Origin: Euglena gracilis
Lineage: Eukaryota
Length of the DNA: 64,000 bases
Assembly (NCBI GenBank): GCA_039621445.1
Contig: CP154954.1
Location: forward strand, 35,015,703-35,079,702
Direction: 5' to 3'
Below the pieces are notes generated by a model, which saw only the letters and a list, made by a program, of their open reading frames with translations, was not told the DNA's origin and made no database searches. Below are positions 11,516-26,500 of the stretch, piece after piece. The stretch's first letter is position 1; each line of letters starts with the position of its first letter. A program made the position numbers and the translations under genes.

Positions 11516-14500
11516 TCCAAAGTCAGGGGACCCGTTGGTTTCCTGATTGTCGTGGTTTAATGGTAAGAAAAACATGCAGCGGGAATGTTGGTTGCAAGAA
11601 ATGAGCAGATTTAGATGGGTGCATTCGACCATTCCGGGGACATTTACCAGGTCAGCCCAGGTTACCATGTAAAAATGGACCAAATTGGGCCTTACTCCGA
11701 GTAACCGAATGGGTGTTCCAGGAGGCCTCCAAAGTCAGGGGACCCGTTGGTTTCATGATTGTCGTGGTTTAATGGTAAGAAAAACATGCAGCCGGGAGGT
11801 TGGTTGCAAGAAATGAGCAGATTTAGATGGGTGCATTCGACCATTCCGGGGGACATTTACCAGGTCAGCCCAGGTTACCATGTAAAAATGGACCAAATTG
11901 GGCCTTACTCCGAGTAACCGAATGGGTGTTCCAGGAGGCCTCCAAAGTCAGGGGACCCGTTGGTTTCATGATTGTCGTGGTTTAATGGTAAGAAAAACAT
12001 GCAGCCGGAAGGTTGGTTGCAAGAAATGAGCAGATTTAGATGGGTGCATTCGACCATTCCGGGGGACATTTACCAGGTCAGCCCAGGTTACCATGTAAAA
12101 ATGGACCAAATTGGGCCTTACTCCGAGTAACCGAATGGGTGTTCCAGGAGGCCTCCAAAGTCAGGGGACCCGTTGGTTTCATGATTGTCGTGGTTTAATG
12201 GTAAGAAAAACATGCAGCCGGAAGGTTGGTTGCAAGAAATGAGCAGATTTAGATGGGTGCATTCGACCATTCCGGGGGACATTTACCAGGTCAGCCCAGG
12301 TTACCATGTAAAAATGGACCAAATTGGGCCTTACTCCGAGTAACCGAATGGGTGTTCCAGGAGGCCTCCAAAGTCAGGGGACCCGTTGGTTTCATGATTG
12401 TCGTGGTTTAATGGTAAGAAAAACATGCAGCCGGAAGGTTGGTTGCAAGAAATGAGCAGATTTAGATGGGTGCATTCGACCATTCCGGGGGACATTTACC
12501 AGGTCAGCCCAGGTTACCATGTAAAAATGGACCAAATTGGGCCTTACTCCGAGTAACCGAATGGGTGTTCCAGGAGGCCTCCAAAGTCGGGGGGCCCGTT
12601 GGCTTCATGATTGTCGTGGTTTAACGGTAAGAAAAACACGCAGCGGGAATGTTGGTTGCAAGAAATGAGCAGATTTAGATGGGTGCATTCGACCATTCCG
12701 GGGGACATTTACCAGGTCAGCCCAGGTTACCATGTAACAATGGACAAAAATGGGCCTTACTCCGAGTTACCGAATGGGTGTTCCAGGAGGCCTCCAAAGT
12801 CAGGGGACCCGTTGGTTTCATGATTGTCGTGGTTTAATGGTAAGAAAAACATGCAGCCGGAAGGTTGGTTGCAAGAAATGAGCAGATTTAGATGGGTGCA
12901 TTCGACCATTCCGGGGGACATTTACCAGGTCAGCCCAGGTTACCATGTAAAAATGGACCAAATTGGGCCTTACTCCGAGTAACCGAATGGGTGTTCCAGG
13001 AGGCCTCCAAAGTCAGGGGACCCGTTGGTTTCATGATTGTCGTGGTTTAATGGTAAGAAAAACATGCAGCCGGAAGGTTGGTTGCAAGAAATGAGCAGAT
13101 TTAGATGGGTGCATTCGACCATTCCGGGGGACATTTACCAGGTCAGCCCAGGTTACCATGTAAAAATGGACCAAATTGGGCCTTACTCCGAGTAACCGAA
13201 TGGGTGTTCCAGGAGGCCTCCAAAGTCGGGGGGCCCGTTCGTTTCATGATTGTCGTGGTTTAACGGTAAGAAAAACACGCAGCGGGAATGTTGGTTGCAA
13301 GAAATGAGCAGATTTAGATGGGTGCATTCGACCATTCCGGGGGACATTTACCAGGTCAGCCCAGGTTACCATGTAACAATGGACCAAAATGGGCCTTACT
13401 CCGAGTTACCGAATGGGTGTTCCAGGAGGCCTCCAAAGTCAGGGGACCCGTTGGTTTCATGATTGTCGTGGTTTAATGGTAAGAAAAACATGCAGCCGGA
13501 AGGTTGGTTGCAAGAAATGAGCAGATTTAGATGGGTGCATTCGACCATTCCGGGGGACATTTACCAGGTCAGCCCAGGTTACCATGTAAAAATGGACCAA
13601 ATTGGGCCTTACTCCGAGTTACCGAATGGGTGTTCCAGGAGGCCTCCAAAGTCAGGGGACCCGTTGGCTTCATGATTGTCGTGGTTAAATGGTAAGAAAA
13701 ACATGCAGCCGGAAGGTTGGTTGCAAGAAATGAGCAGATTTAGATGGGTGCATTCGACCATTCCGGGGGACATTTACCAGGTCAGCCCAGGTTACCATGT
13801 AAAAATGGACCAAATTGGGCCTTACTCCGAGTAACCGAATGGGTGTTCCAGGAGGCCTCCAAAGTCGGGGGGCCCGTTCGTTTCATGATTGTCATGGTTT
13901 AACGGTAAGAAAAACACGCAGCGGGAATGTTGGTTGCAAGAAATGAGCAGATTTAGATGGGTGCATTCGACCATTCCGGGGGACATTTACCAGGTCAGCC
14001 CAGGTTACCATGTAACAATGGACAAAAATGGGCCTTACTCCGAGTTACCAAATGGGTGTTCCAGGAGGCCTCCAAAGTCAGGGGACCCGTTGGTTTCATG
14101 ATTGTCGTGGTTTAATGGTAAGAAAAACATGCAGCCGGAAGGTTGGTTGCAAGAAATGAGCAGATTTAGATGGGTGCATTCGACCATTCCGGGGGACATT
14201 TACCAGGTCAGCCCAGGTTACCATGTAAAAATGGACCAAATTGGGCCTTACTCCGAGTAACCGAATGGGTGTTCCAGGAGGCCTCCAAAGTCGGGGGGCC
14301 CGTTGGCTTCATGATTGTCGTGGTTTAATGGTAAGAAAAACATGCAGCCGGAAGGTTGGTTGCAAGAAATGAGCAGATTTAGATGGGTGCATTCGACCAT
14401 TCCGGGGGACATTTACCAGGTCAGCCCAGGTTACCATGTAAAAATGGACCAAATTGGGCCTTACTCCGAGTAACCGAATGGGTGTTCCAGGAGGCCTCCA

Positions 14501-17500
14501 AAGTCGGGGGGCCCGTTCGTTTCATGATTGTCGTGGTTTAACGGTAAGAAAAACACGCAGCGGGAATGTTGGTTGCAAGAAATGAGCAGATTTAGATGGG
14601 TGCATTCGACCATTCCGGGGGACATTTACCAGGTCAGCCCAGGTTACCATGTAAAAATGGACCAAATTGGGCCTTACTCCGAGTAACCGAATGGGTGTTC
14701 CAGGAGGCCTCCAAAGTCGGGGGGCCCGTTCGTTTCATGATTGTCATGGTTTAACGGTAAGAAAAACACGCAGCGGGAATGTTGGTTGCAAGAAATGAGC
14801 AGATTTAGATGGGTGCATTCGACCATTCCGGGGGACATTTACCAGGTCAGCCCAGGTTACCATGTAACAATGGACAAAAATGGGCCTTACTCCGAGTTAC
14901 CAAATGGGTGTTCCAGGAGGCCTCCAAAGTCAGGGGACCCGTTGGTTTCATGATTGTCGTGGTTTAATGGTAAGAAAAACATGCAGCCGGAAGGTTGGTT
15001 GCAAGAAATGAGCAGATTTAGATGGGTGCATTCGACCATTCCGGGGGACATTTACCAGGTCAGCCCAGGTTACCATGTAAAAATGGACCAAATTGGGCCT
15101 TACTCCGAGTTACCGAATGGGTGTTCCAGGAGGCCTCCAAAGTCAGGGGACCTGTTGGTTTCATGATTGTCGTGGTTTAATGGTAAGAAAAACATGCAGC
15201 GGGAATGTTGGTTGCAAGAAATGAGCATATTTAGATGGGTGCATTCGACCATTCCGGGGGACATTTACCAGGTCAGCCCAGGTTACCATGTAAAAATGGA
15301 CCAAATTGGGCCTTACTCCGAGTAACCGAATGGGTGTTCCAGGAGGCCTCCAAAGTCGGTGGGCCCGTTCGTTTCATGATTGTCGTGGTTTAATGGTAAG
15401 AAAAACACGCAGCGGGAATGTTGGTTGCAAGAAATGAGCAGATTTAGATGGGTGCATTCGACCATTCCGGGGGACATTTACCAGGTCAGCCCAGGTTACC
15501 ATGTAACAATGGACCAAAATGGGCCTTACTCCGAGTTACCGAATGGGTGTTCCAGGAGGCCTCCAAAGTCAGGGGACCCGTTGGTTTCATGATTGTCGTG
15601 GTTTAATGGTAAGAAAAACATGCAGCCGGAAGGTTGGTTGCAAGAAATGAGCAGATTTAGATGGGTGCATTCGACCATTCCGGGGGACATTTACCAGGTC
15701 AGCCCAGGTTACCATGTAAAAATGGACCAAATTGGGCCTTACTCCGAGTTACCGAATGGGTGTTCCAGGAGGCCTCCAAAGTCAGGGGACCCGTTGGTTT
15801 CATGATTGTCGTGGTTAAATGGTAAGAAAAACATGCACCCGGAAGGTTGGTTGCAAGAAATGAGCAGATTTAGATGGGTGCATTCGACCATTCCGGGGGA
15901 CATTTACCAGGTCAGCCCAGGTTACCATGTAAAAATGGACCAAATTGGGCCTTACTCCGAGTAACCGAATGGGTGTTCCAGGAGGCCTCCAAAGTCGGGG
16001 GGCCCGTTCGTTTCATGATTGTCGTGGTTTAACGGTAAGAAAAACATGCAGCGGGAATGTTGGTTGCAAGAAATGAGCAGATTTAGATGGGTGCATTCGA
16101 CCATTCCGGGGGACATTTACCAGGTCAGCCCAGGTTACCATGTAACAATGGACCAAAATGGGCCTTACTCCGAGTTACCGAATGGGTGTTCCAGGAGGCC
16201 TCCAAAGTCAGGGGACCCGTTGGTTTCATGATTGTCGTGGTTTAATGGTAAGAAAAACATGCAGCCGGAAGGTTGGTTGCAAGAAATGAGCAGATTTAGA
16301 TGGTGCATTCGACCATTCCGGGGGACATTTACCAGGTCAGCCCAGGTTACCATGTAAAAATGGACCAAATTGGGCCTTACTCCGAGTAACCGAATGGGTG
16401 TTCCAGGAGGCCTCCAAAGTCAGGGGACCCGTTGGTTTCATGATTGTCGTGGTTTAATGGTAAGAAAAACATGCAGCCGGAAGGTTGGTTGCAAGAAATG
16501 AGCAGATTTAGATGGGTGCATTCGACCATTCCGGGGGACATTTACCAGGTCAGCCCAGGTTACCATGTAAAAATGGACCAAATTGGGCCTTACTCCGAGT
16601 TACCGAATGGGTGTTCCAGGAGGCCTCCAAAGTCAGGGGACCCGTTGGTTTCATGATTGTCGTGGTTTAATGGTAAGAAAAACATGCAGCAGGAATGTTG
16701 GTTGCAAGAAATGAGCAGATTTAGATGGGTGCATTCGACCATTCCGGGGGACATTTACCAGGTCAGCCCAGGTTACCATGTAAAAATGGACCAAATTGGG
16801 CCTTACTCCGAGTAACCGAATGGGTGTTCCAGGAGGCCTGCAAAGTCAGGGGACCCATGATTGTCGTGGTTTAATGGTAAGAAAAACATGCAGCCGGAAG
16901 GTTGGTTGCAAGAAATGAGCACATTTAGATGGGTGCATTCGACCATTCCGGGGGACATTTACCAGGTCAGCCCAGGTTACCATGTAAAAATGGACCAAAT
17001 TGGGCCTTACTCCGAGTAACCGAATGGGTGTTCCAGGAGGCCTCCAAAGTCAGGGGACCCGTTGGTTTCATGATTGTCGTGGTTTAATGGTAAGAAAAAC
17101 ATGCAGCCGGAAGGTTGGTTGCAAGAAATGAGCAGATTTAGATGGGTGCATTCGACCATTCCGGGGGACATTTACCAGGTCAGCCCAGGTTACCATGTAA
17201 AAATGGACCAAATTGGGCCTTACTCCGAGTAACCGAATGGGTGTTCCAGGAGGCCTCCAAAGTCAGGGGACCCGTTGGTTTCATGATTGTCGTGGTTTAA
17301 TGGTAAGAAAAACATGCAGCCGGAAGGTTGGTTGCAAGAAATGAGCACATTTAGATGGGTGCATTCGACCATTCCGGGGGACATTTACCAGGTCAGCCCA
17401 GGTTACCATGTAAAAATGGACCAAATTGGGCCTTACTCCGAGTAACCGAATGGGTGTTCCAGGAGGCCTCCAAAGTCGGGGGGCCCGTTCGTTTCATGAT

Positions 17501-20500
17501 TGTCATGGTTTAATGGTAAGAAAAACACGCAGCGGGAATGTTGGTTGCAAGAAATGAGCAGATTTAGATGGGTGCATTCGACCATTCCGGGGGACATTTA
17601 CCAGGTCAGCCCAGGTTACCATGTAAAAATGGACCAAATTGGGCCTTACTCCGAGTTACCGAATGGGTGTTCCAGGAGGCCTCCAAAGTCAGGGGACCCG
17701 TTGGTTTCATGATTGTCGTGGTTTAATGGTAAGAAAAACATGCAGCCGGAAGGTTGGTTGCAAGAAATGAGCAGATTTAGATGGGTGCATTCGACCATTC
17801 CGGGGGACATTTACCAGGTCAGCCCAGGTTACCATGTAAAAATGGACCAAATTGGGCCTTACTCCGAGTAACCGAATGGGTGTTCCAGGAGGCCTCCAAA
17901 GTCAGGGGACCCGTTGGTTTCATGATTGTCGTGGTTTAATGGTAAGAAAAACATGCAGCCGGAAGGTTGGTTGCAAGAAATGAGCAGATTTAGATGGGTG
18001 CATTCGACCATTCCGGGGGACATTTACCAGGTCAGCCCAGGTTACCATGTAAAAATGGACCAAATTGGGCCTTACTCCGAGTAACCGAATGGGTGTTCCA
18101 GGAGGCCTCCAAAGTCAGGGGACCCGTTGGTTTCATGATTGTCGTGGTTTAATGGTAACAAAAACATGCAGCCGGAAGGTTGGTTGCAAGAAATGAGCAG
18201 ATTTAGATGGGTGCATTCGACCATTCCGGGGGACATTTACCAGGTCAGCCCAGGTTACCATGTAAAAATGGACCAAATTGGGCCTTACTCCGAGTAACCG
18301 AATGGGTGTTCCAGGAGGCCTCCAAAGTCAGGGGACCCGTTGGTTTCATGATTGTCGTGGTTTAATGGTAAGAAAAACATGCAGCGGGAATGTTGGTTGC
18401 AAGAAATGAGCACATTTAGATGGGTGCATTCGACCATTCCGGGGGACATTTACCAGGTCAGCCCAGGTTACCATGTAAAAATGGACCAAATTGGGCCTTA
18501 CTCCGAGTTACCGAGTGGGTGTTCCAGGAGGCCTCCAAAGTCAGGGGACCCGTTGGTTTCATGATTGTCGTGGTTTAATGGTAAGAAAAACACGCAGCGG
18601 GAATGTTGGTTGCAAGAAATGAGCAGATTTAGCTGGGTGCACTCGACCATTCCGCGGGACATTTACCAGGTCAGCCCAGGTTACCATGTAAAAATGGACC
18701 AAATTGGGCCTTACTCCGAGTAACCGAATGGGTGTTCCAGGAGGCCTGCAAAGTCAGGGGACCCGTTGGTTTCATGATTGTCGTGGTTTAATGGTAAGAA
18801 AAACATGCAGCCGGAAGGTTGGTTGCAAGAAATGAGCACATTTAGATGGGTGCATTCGACCATTCCGGGGGACATTTACCAGGTCAGCCCAGGTTACCAT
18901 GTAAAAATGGACCAAATTGGGCCTTACTCCGAGTTACCGAATGGGTGTTCCAGGACTCCTCCAATGTCAGGGGACCCGTTGGTTTCATGATTGTCGTGGT
19001 TTAATTGTAAGATAAACATGCAGCCGGAAGGTTGGTTGCAAGAAATGAGCAGATTTAGATGGGTGCATTCGACCATTCCGGGGGACATTTACCAGGTCAG
19101 CCCAGGTTACCATGTAAAAATGGACCAAATTGGGCCTTACTCCGAGTAACCGAATGGGTGTTCCAGGAGGCCTCCAAAGTCAGGGGACCCGTTGGTTTCA
19201 TGATTGTCGTGGTTTAATGGTAAGAAAAACATGCAGCCGGAAGGTTGGTTGCAAGAAATGAGCACATTTAGATGGGTGCATTCGACCATTCCGGGGGACA
19301 TTTACCAGGTCAGCCCAGGTTACCATGTAAAAATGGACCAAATTGGGCCTTACTCCGAGTTACCGAATGGGTGTTCCAGGAAGCCTCCAAAGTCAGGGGA
19401 CCCGTTGGTTTCATGATTGTCGTGGTTTAATGGTAAGAAAAACACGCAGCGGGAATGTTGGTTGCAAGAAATGAGCAGATTTAGATGGGTGCATTCGACC
19501 ATTCCGGGGGACATTTACCAGGTCAGCCCAGGTTACCATGTAAAAATGGACCAAATTGGGCCTTACTCCGATTAACCGAATGGGTGTTCCAGGAGGCCTC
19601 CAAAGTCAGGGGACCCGTTGGTTTCATGATTGTCGTGGTTTAATGGTAAGAAAAACATGCAGCGGGAATGTTGGTTGCAAGAAATGAGCACATTTAGATG
19701 GGTGCATTCGACCATTCCGGGGGACATTTACCAGGTCAGCCCAGGTTACCATGTAAAAATGGACCAAATTGGGCCTTACTCCGAGTAACCGAATGGGTGT
19801 TCCAGGAGGCCTCCAAAGTCAGGGGACCCGTTGGTTTCATGATTGTCGTGGTTTAATGGTAAGAAAAACATGCAGCGGGAATGTTGGTTGCAAGAAATGA
19901 GCACATTTAGATGGGTGCATTCGACCATTCCGGGGGACATTTACCAGGTCAGCCCAGGTTACCATGTAAAAATGGACCAAATTGGGCCTTACTCCGATTA
20001 ACCGAATGGGTGTTCCAGGAGGCCTCCAAAGTCAGGGGACCCGTTGGTTTCATGATTGTCGTGGTTTAATGGTAAGAAAAACATGCAGCCGGAAGGTTGG
20101 TTGCAAGAAATGAGCACATTTAGATGGGTGCATTCGACCATTCCGGGGGACATTTACCAGGTCAGCCCAGGTTACCATGTAAAAATGGACCAAATTGGGC
20201 CTTACTCCGAGTAACCGAATGGGTGTTCCAGGAGGCCTCCAAAGTCAGGGGACCCGTTGGTTTCATGATTGTCGTGGTTTAATGGTAAGAAAAACATGCA
20301 GCCGGAAGGTTGGTTGCAAGAAATGAGCAGATTTAGATGGGTGCATTCGACCATTCCGGGGGACATTTACCAGGTCAGCCCAGGTTACCATGTAAAAATG
20401 GACCAAATTGGGCCTTACTCCGAGTAACCGAATGGGTGTTCCAGGAGGCCTCCAAAGTCAGGGGACCCGTTGGTTTCATGATTGTCGTGGTTTAATGGTA

Positions 20501-23500
20501 AGAAAAACATGCAGCGGGAATGTTGGTTGCAAGAAATGAGCACATTTAGATGGGTGCATTCGACCATTCCGGGGGACATTTACCAGGTCAGCCCAGGTTA
20601 CCATGTAAAAATGGACCAAATTGGGCCTTACTCCGAGTAACCGAATGGGTGTTCCAGGAGGCCTCCAAAGTCAGGGGACCCGTTGGTTTCATGATTGTCG
20701 TGGTTTAATGGTAAGAAAAACATGCAGCGGGAATGTTGGTTGCAAGAAATGAGCAGATTTAGATGGGTGCATTCGACCATTCCGGGGGACATTTACCAGG
20801 TCAGCCCAGGTTACCATGTAAAAATGGACCAAATTGGGCCTTACTCCGAGTAACCGAATGGGTGTTCCAGGAGGCCTCCAAAGTCAGGGGACCCGTTGGT
20901 TTCATGATTGTCGTGGTTTAATGGTAAGAAAACATGCAGCCGGAAGGTTGGTTGCAAGAAATGAGCACATTTAGATGGGTGCATTCGACCATTCCGGGGG
21001 ACATTTACCAGGTCAGCCCAGGTTACCATGTAAAAATGGACCAAATTGGGCCTTACTCCGAGTTACCGAATGGGTGTTCCAGGAGGCCTCCAAAGTCAGG
21101 GGACCCGTTGGTTTCATGATTGTCGTGGTTTAATGGTAAGAAAAACATGCAGCCGGAATGTTGGTTGCAAGAAATGAGCAGATTTAGATGGGTGCATTCG
21201 ACCATTCCGGGGGACATTTACCAGGTCAGCCCAGGTTACCATGTAAAAATGGACCAAATTGGGCCTTACTCCGAGTAACCGAATGGGTGTTCCAGGAGGC
21301 CTCCAAAGTCAGGGGACCCGTTGGTTTCATGATTGTCGTGGTTTAATGGTAAGAAAAACATGCAGCCGGAAGGTTGGTTGCAAGAAATGAGCACATTTAG
21401 ATGGGTGCATTCGACCATTCCGGGGGACATTTACCAGGTCAGCCCAGGTTACCATGTAAAAATGGACCAAATTGGGCCTTACTCCGAGTACCGAATGGGT
21501 GTTCCAGGAGGCCTCCAAAGTCAGGGGACCCGTTGGTTTCATGATTGTCGTGGTTTAATGGTAAGAAAAACATGCAGCCGGAAGGTTGGTTGCAAGAAAT
21601 GAGCAGTTTTAGATGGGTGCATTCGACCATTCCGGGGGACATTTACCAGGTCAGCCCAGGTTACCATGTAAAAATGGACCAAATTGGGCCTTACTCCGAG
21701 TAACCGAATGGGTGTTCCAGGAGGCCTCCAAAGTCAGGGGACCCGTTGGTTTCATGATTGTCGTGGTTTAATGGTAAGAAAAACATGCAGCCGGAAGGTT
21801 GGTTGCAAGAAATGAGCAGATTTAGATGGGTGCATTCGACCATTCCGGGGGACATTTACCAGGTCAGCCCAGGTTACCATGTAAAAATGGACCAAATTGG
21901 GCCTTACTCCGAGTAACCGAATGGGTGTTCCAGGAGGCCTCCAAAGTCAGGGGACCCGTTGGTTTCATGATTGTCGTGGTTTAATGGTAAGAAAAACATG
22001 CAGCCGGAAGGTTGGTTGCAAGAAATGAGCAGATTTAGATGGGTGCATTCGACCATTCCGGGGGACATTTACCAGGTCAGCCCAGGTTACCATGAAAAAA
22101 ATGGACCAAATTGGGCCTTACTCCGAGTTACCGAATGGGTGTTCCAGGAGGCCTCCAAAGTCAGGGGACCCGTTGGTTTCATGATTGTCGTGGTTTAATG
22201 GTAAGAAAAACATGCAGCCGGAAGGTTGGTTGCAAGAAATGAGCACATTTAGATGGGTGCATTCGACCATTCCGGGGGACATTTACCAGGTCAGCCCAGG
22301 TTACCATGTAAAAATGGACCAAATTGGGCCTTACTCCGAGTTACCGAATGGTTGTTCCAGGAGGCCTCCAAAGTCAGGGGACCCGTTGGTTTCATGATTG
22401 TCGTGGTTTAATGGTAAGAAAAACATGCAGCCGGAATGTCGGTTGCAAGAAATGAGCAGATTTAGATGGGTGCATTCGACCATTCCGGGGGACATTTACC
22501 AGGTCAGCCCAGGTTACCATGTAAAAATGGACCAAATTGGGCCTTACTCCGAGTAACCGAATGGGTGTTCCAGGAGGCCTCCAAAGTCAGGGGACCCGTT
22601 GGTTTCATGATTGTCGTGGTTTAATGGTAAGAAAAACATGCAGCCGGAAGGTTGGTTGCAAGAAATGAGCAGATTTAGATGGGTGCATTCGACCATTCCG
22701 GGGGACATTTACCAGGTCAGCCCAGGTTACCATGAAAAAATGGACCAAATTGGGCCTTACTCCGAGTAACCGAATGGGTGTTCCAGGAGGCCTCCAAAGT
22801 CAGGGGACCGTTGGTTTCATGATTGTCGTGGTTTAATGGTAAGAAAAACATGCAGCCGGAAGGTTGGTTGCAAGAAATGAGCAGATTTAGATGGGTGCAT
22901 TCGACCATTCCGGGGGACATTTACCAGGTCAGCCCAGGTTACCATGTAAAAATGGACCAAATTGGGCCTTACTCCGAGTAACCGAATGGGTGTTCCAGGA
23001 GGCCTCCAAAGTCAGGGGACCCGTTGGTTTCATGATTGTCGTGGTTTAATGGTAAGAAAAACATGCAGCCGGAAGGTTGGTTGCAAGAAATGAGCAGATT
23101 TAGATGGGTGCATTCGACCATTCCGGGGGACATTTACCAGGTCAGCCCAGGTTACCATGAAAAAATGGACCAAATTGGGCCTTACTCCGAGTTACCGAAT
23201 GGGTGTTCCAGGAGGCCTCCAAAGTCAGGGGACCCGTTGGTTTCATGATTGTCGTGGTTTAATGGTAAGAAAGACATGCAGCCGGAAGGTTGGTTGCAAG
23301 AAATGAGCAGATTTAGATGGGTGCATTCGACCATTCCGGGGGACATTTACCAGGTCAGCCCAGGTTACCATGAAAAAATGGACCAAATTGGGCCTTACTC
23401 CGAGTTACCGAATGGGTGTTCCAGGAGGCCTCCAAAGTCAGGGGACCCGTTGGTTTCATGATTGTCGTGGTTTAATGGTAAGAAAAACATGCAGCCGGAA

Positions 23501-26500
23501 GGTTGGTTGCAAGAAATGAGCAGATTTAGATGGGTGCATTCGACCATTCCGGGGGACACTTACCAGGTCAGCCCAGGTTACCATGTAAAAATGGACCAAA
23601 TTGGGCCTTACTCCGAGTTACCGAATGGTTGTTCCAGGAGGCCTCCAAAGTCAGGGGACCCATTGGTTTCATGATTGTCGTGGTTTAATGGTAAGAAAAA
23701 CATGCAGCCGGAATGTCGGTTGCAAGAAATGAGCAGATTTAGATGGGTGCATTCGACCATTCCGGGGGACATTTACCAGGTCAGCCCAGGTTACCATGAA
23801 AAAATGGACCAAATTGGGCCTTACTCCGAGTTACCGAATGGGTGTTCCAGGAGGCCTCCAAAGTCAGGGGACCCGTTGGTTTCATGATTGTCGTGGTTTA
23901 ATGGTAAGAAAAACATGCAGCGGGAATGTTGGTTGCAAGAAATGAGCACATTTAGATGGGTGCATTCGACCATTCCGGGGGACATTTACCAGGTCAGCCC
24001 AGGTTACCATGTAAAAATGGACCAAATTGGGCCTTACTCCGAGTAACCGAATGGGTGTTCCAGGAGGCCTCCAAAGTCAGGGGACCCGTTGGTTTCATGA
24101 TTGTCGTGGTTTAATGGTAAAAAAAACATGCAGCGGGAAGGTTGGTTGCAAGAAATGAGCAGATTTAGATGGGTGCATTCGACCATTCCGGGGGACATTT
24201 ACCAGGTCAGCCCAGGTTACCATGTAAAAATGGACCAAATTGGGCCTTACTCCGAGTAACCGAATGGGTGTTCCAGGAGGCCTCCAAAGTCAGGGGACCC
24301 GTTGGTTTCATGATTGTCGTGGTTTAATGGTAAGAAAAACATGCAGCCGGAAGGTTGGTTGCAAGAAATGAGCAGATTTAGATGGGTGCATTCGACCATT
24401 CCGGGGGACATTTACCAGGTCAGCCCAGGTTACCATGTAAAAATGGACCAAATTGGGCCTTACTCCGAGTAACCGAAGGGGTGTTCCAGGAGGCCTCCAA
24501 AGTCAGGGGACCCGTTGGTTTCATGATCGTCGTGGTTTAATGGTAAGAAAAACATGCAGCCGGAAGGTTGGTTGCAAGAAATGAGCAGATTTAGATGGGT
24601 GCATTCGACCATTCCGGGGGACATTTACCAGGTCAGCCCAGGTTACCATGTAAAAATGGACCAAATTGGGCCTTACTCCGAGTAACCGAATGGGTGTTCC
24701 AGGAGGCCTCCAAAGTCAGGGGACCCGTTGGTTTCATGATTGTCGTGGATTAATGGTAAGAAAAACATGCAGCCGAAAGATTGGTTGCAAGAAATGAGCA
24801 GATTTAGATGGGTGCATTCGGCCATTCCGGGGGAAATTTACCAGGTCAGCCCAGGTTACCATGTAAAAATGGACCAAATTGGGCCTTACTCCGAGTAACC
24901 GAATGGGTGTTCCAGGAGGCCTCCAAAGTCAGGGGACCCGTTGGTTTCATGATTGTCGTGGATTAATGGTAAGAAAAACATGCAGCCGGAAGGTTGGTTG
25001 CAAGAAATGAGCAGATTTAGATGGGTGCATTCGACCATTCCGGGGGACATTTACCAGGTCAGCCCAGGTTACCATGTAAAAATGGACCAAATTGGGCCTT
25101 ACTCCGAGTTACCGAATGGGTGTTCCAGGAGGCCTCCAAAGTCTGGGGGCCCGTTCGTTTCATGATTGTCGTGGATTAATGATAAGAAAAACAGACAGCT
25201 GGGCCTGCCTTAGCTTGGCCGTAGGCATCGCTTCCAGGACCGACCTCTCGGACACCCAGCCCATCAGGAGCAGCCAGAATGTTGGTTGCAAGAAATGAGC
25301 AGATTTAGATGGGTGCATTCGACCATTCCGGGGGACATTTACCAGGTCAGCCCAGGTTACCATGTAAAAATGGACCAAATTGGGCCTTACTGCGAGTTAC
25401 CGAATGGGTGTTCCAGGAGGCCTCCAAAGTCAGGGGACCCGTTGGTTTCATGATTGTCGTGGTTTAATGGTAAGAAAAACATGCAGCGGGAATGTTGGTT
25501 GCAAGAAATGAGCACATTTAGATGGGTGCATTCGACCATTCCGGGGGACATTTACCAGGTCAGCCCAGGTTACCATGTAAAAATGGACCAAATTGGGCCT
25601 TACTCCGAGTAACCGAATGGGTGTTCCAGGAGGCCTCCAAAGTCAGGGGACCCGTTGGTTTCATGATTGTCGTGGTTTAATGGTAAGAAAAAACATGCAG
25701 CCGGAAGGTTGGTTGCAAGAAATGAGCAGATTTAGATGGGTGCATTCGACCATTCCGGGGGACATTTACCAGGTCAGCCCAGGTTACCATGTAAAAATGG
25801 ACCAAATTGGGCCTTACTCCGAGTTACCGAATGGGTGTTCCAGGAGGCCTCCAAAGTCAGGGGACCCGTTGTTTTCATGATTGTTGTGGTTTAATGGTAA
25901 GAAAAACATGCAGCGGGAATGTCGGTTGCAAGAAATGAGCAGATTTAGATGGGTGCATTCGACCATTCCGGGGGACATTTACCAGGGCAGCCCAGGTTAC
26001 CATGTAAAAATGGACCAATTGGGCCTTACTCCGAGTAACCGAATGGGTGTTCCAGGAGGCCTCCAAAGTCAGGGGACCCGTTGGTTTCATGATTGTCGTG
26101 GTTTAATGGTAAGAAAAACATGCAGCCGGAAGGTTGGTTGCAAGAAATGAGCAGATTTAGATGGGTGCATTCGACCATTCCGGGGGACATTTACCAGGTC
26201 AGCCCAGGTTACCATGTAAAAATGGACCAAATTGGGCCTTACTCCGAGTAACCGAATGGGTGTTCCAGGAGGCCTCCAAAGTCAGGGGACCCGTTGGTTT
26301 CATGATTGTCGTGGTTTAATGGTAAGAAAAACATGCAGCCGGAAGGTTGGTTGCAAGAAATGAGCAGATTTAGATGGGTGCATGCGACCATTCCGGGGGA
26401 CATTTACCAGGTCAGCCCAGGTTACCATGTAAAAATGGTCCAAATTGGGCCGTACTCCGAGTTACCGAACGGGTGTTCCAGGAGGCCACCAAAGTCCGGG

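Noticed and set aside
25217-25227. Reverse-strand GCCTACGGCCA matching a common 5S rRNA 5' end
   Set aside because: The match is only 11 nt and the following sequence does not continue as 5S.
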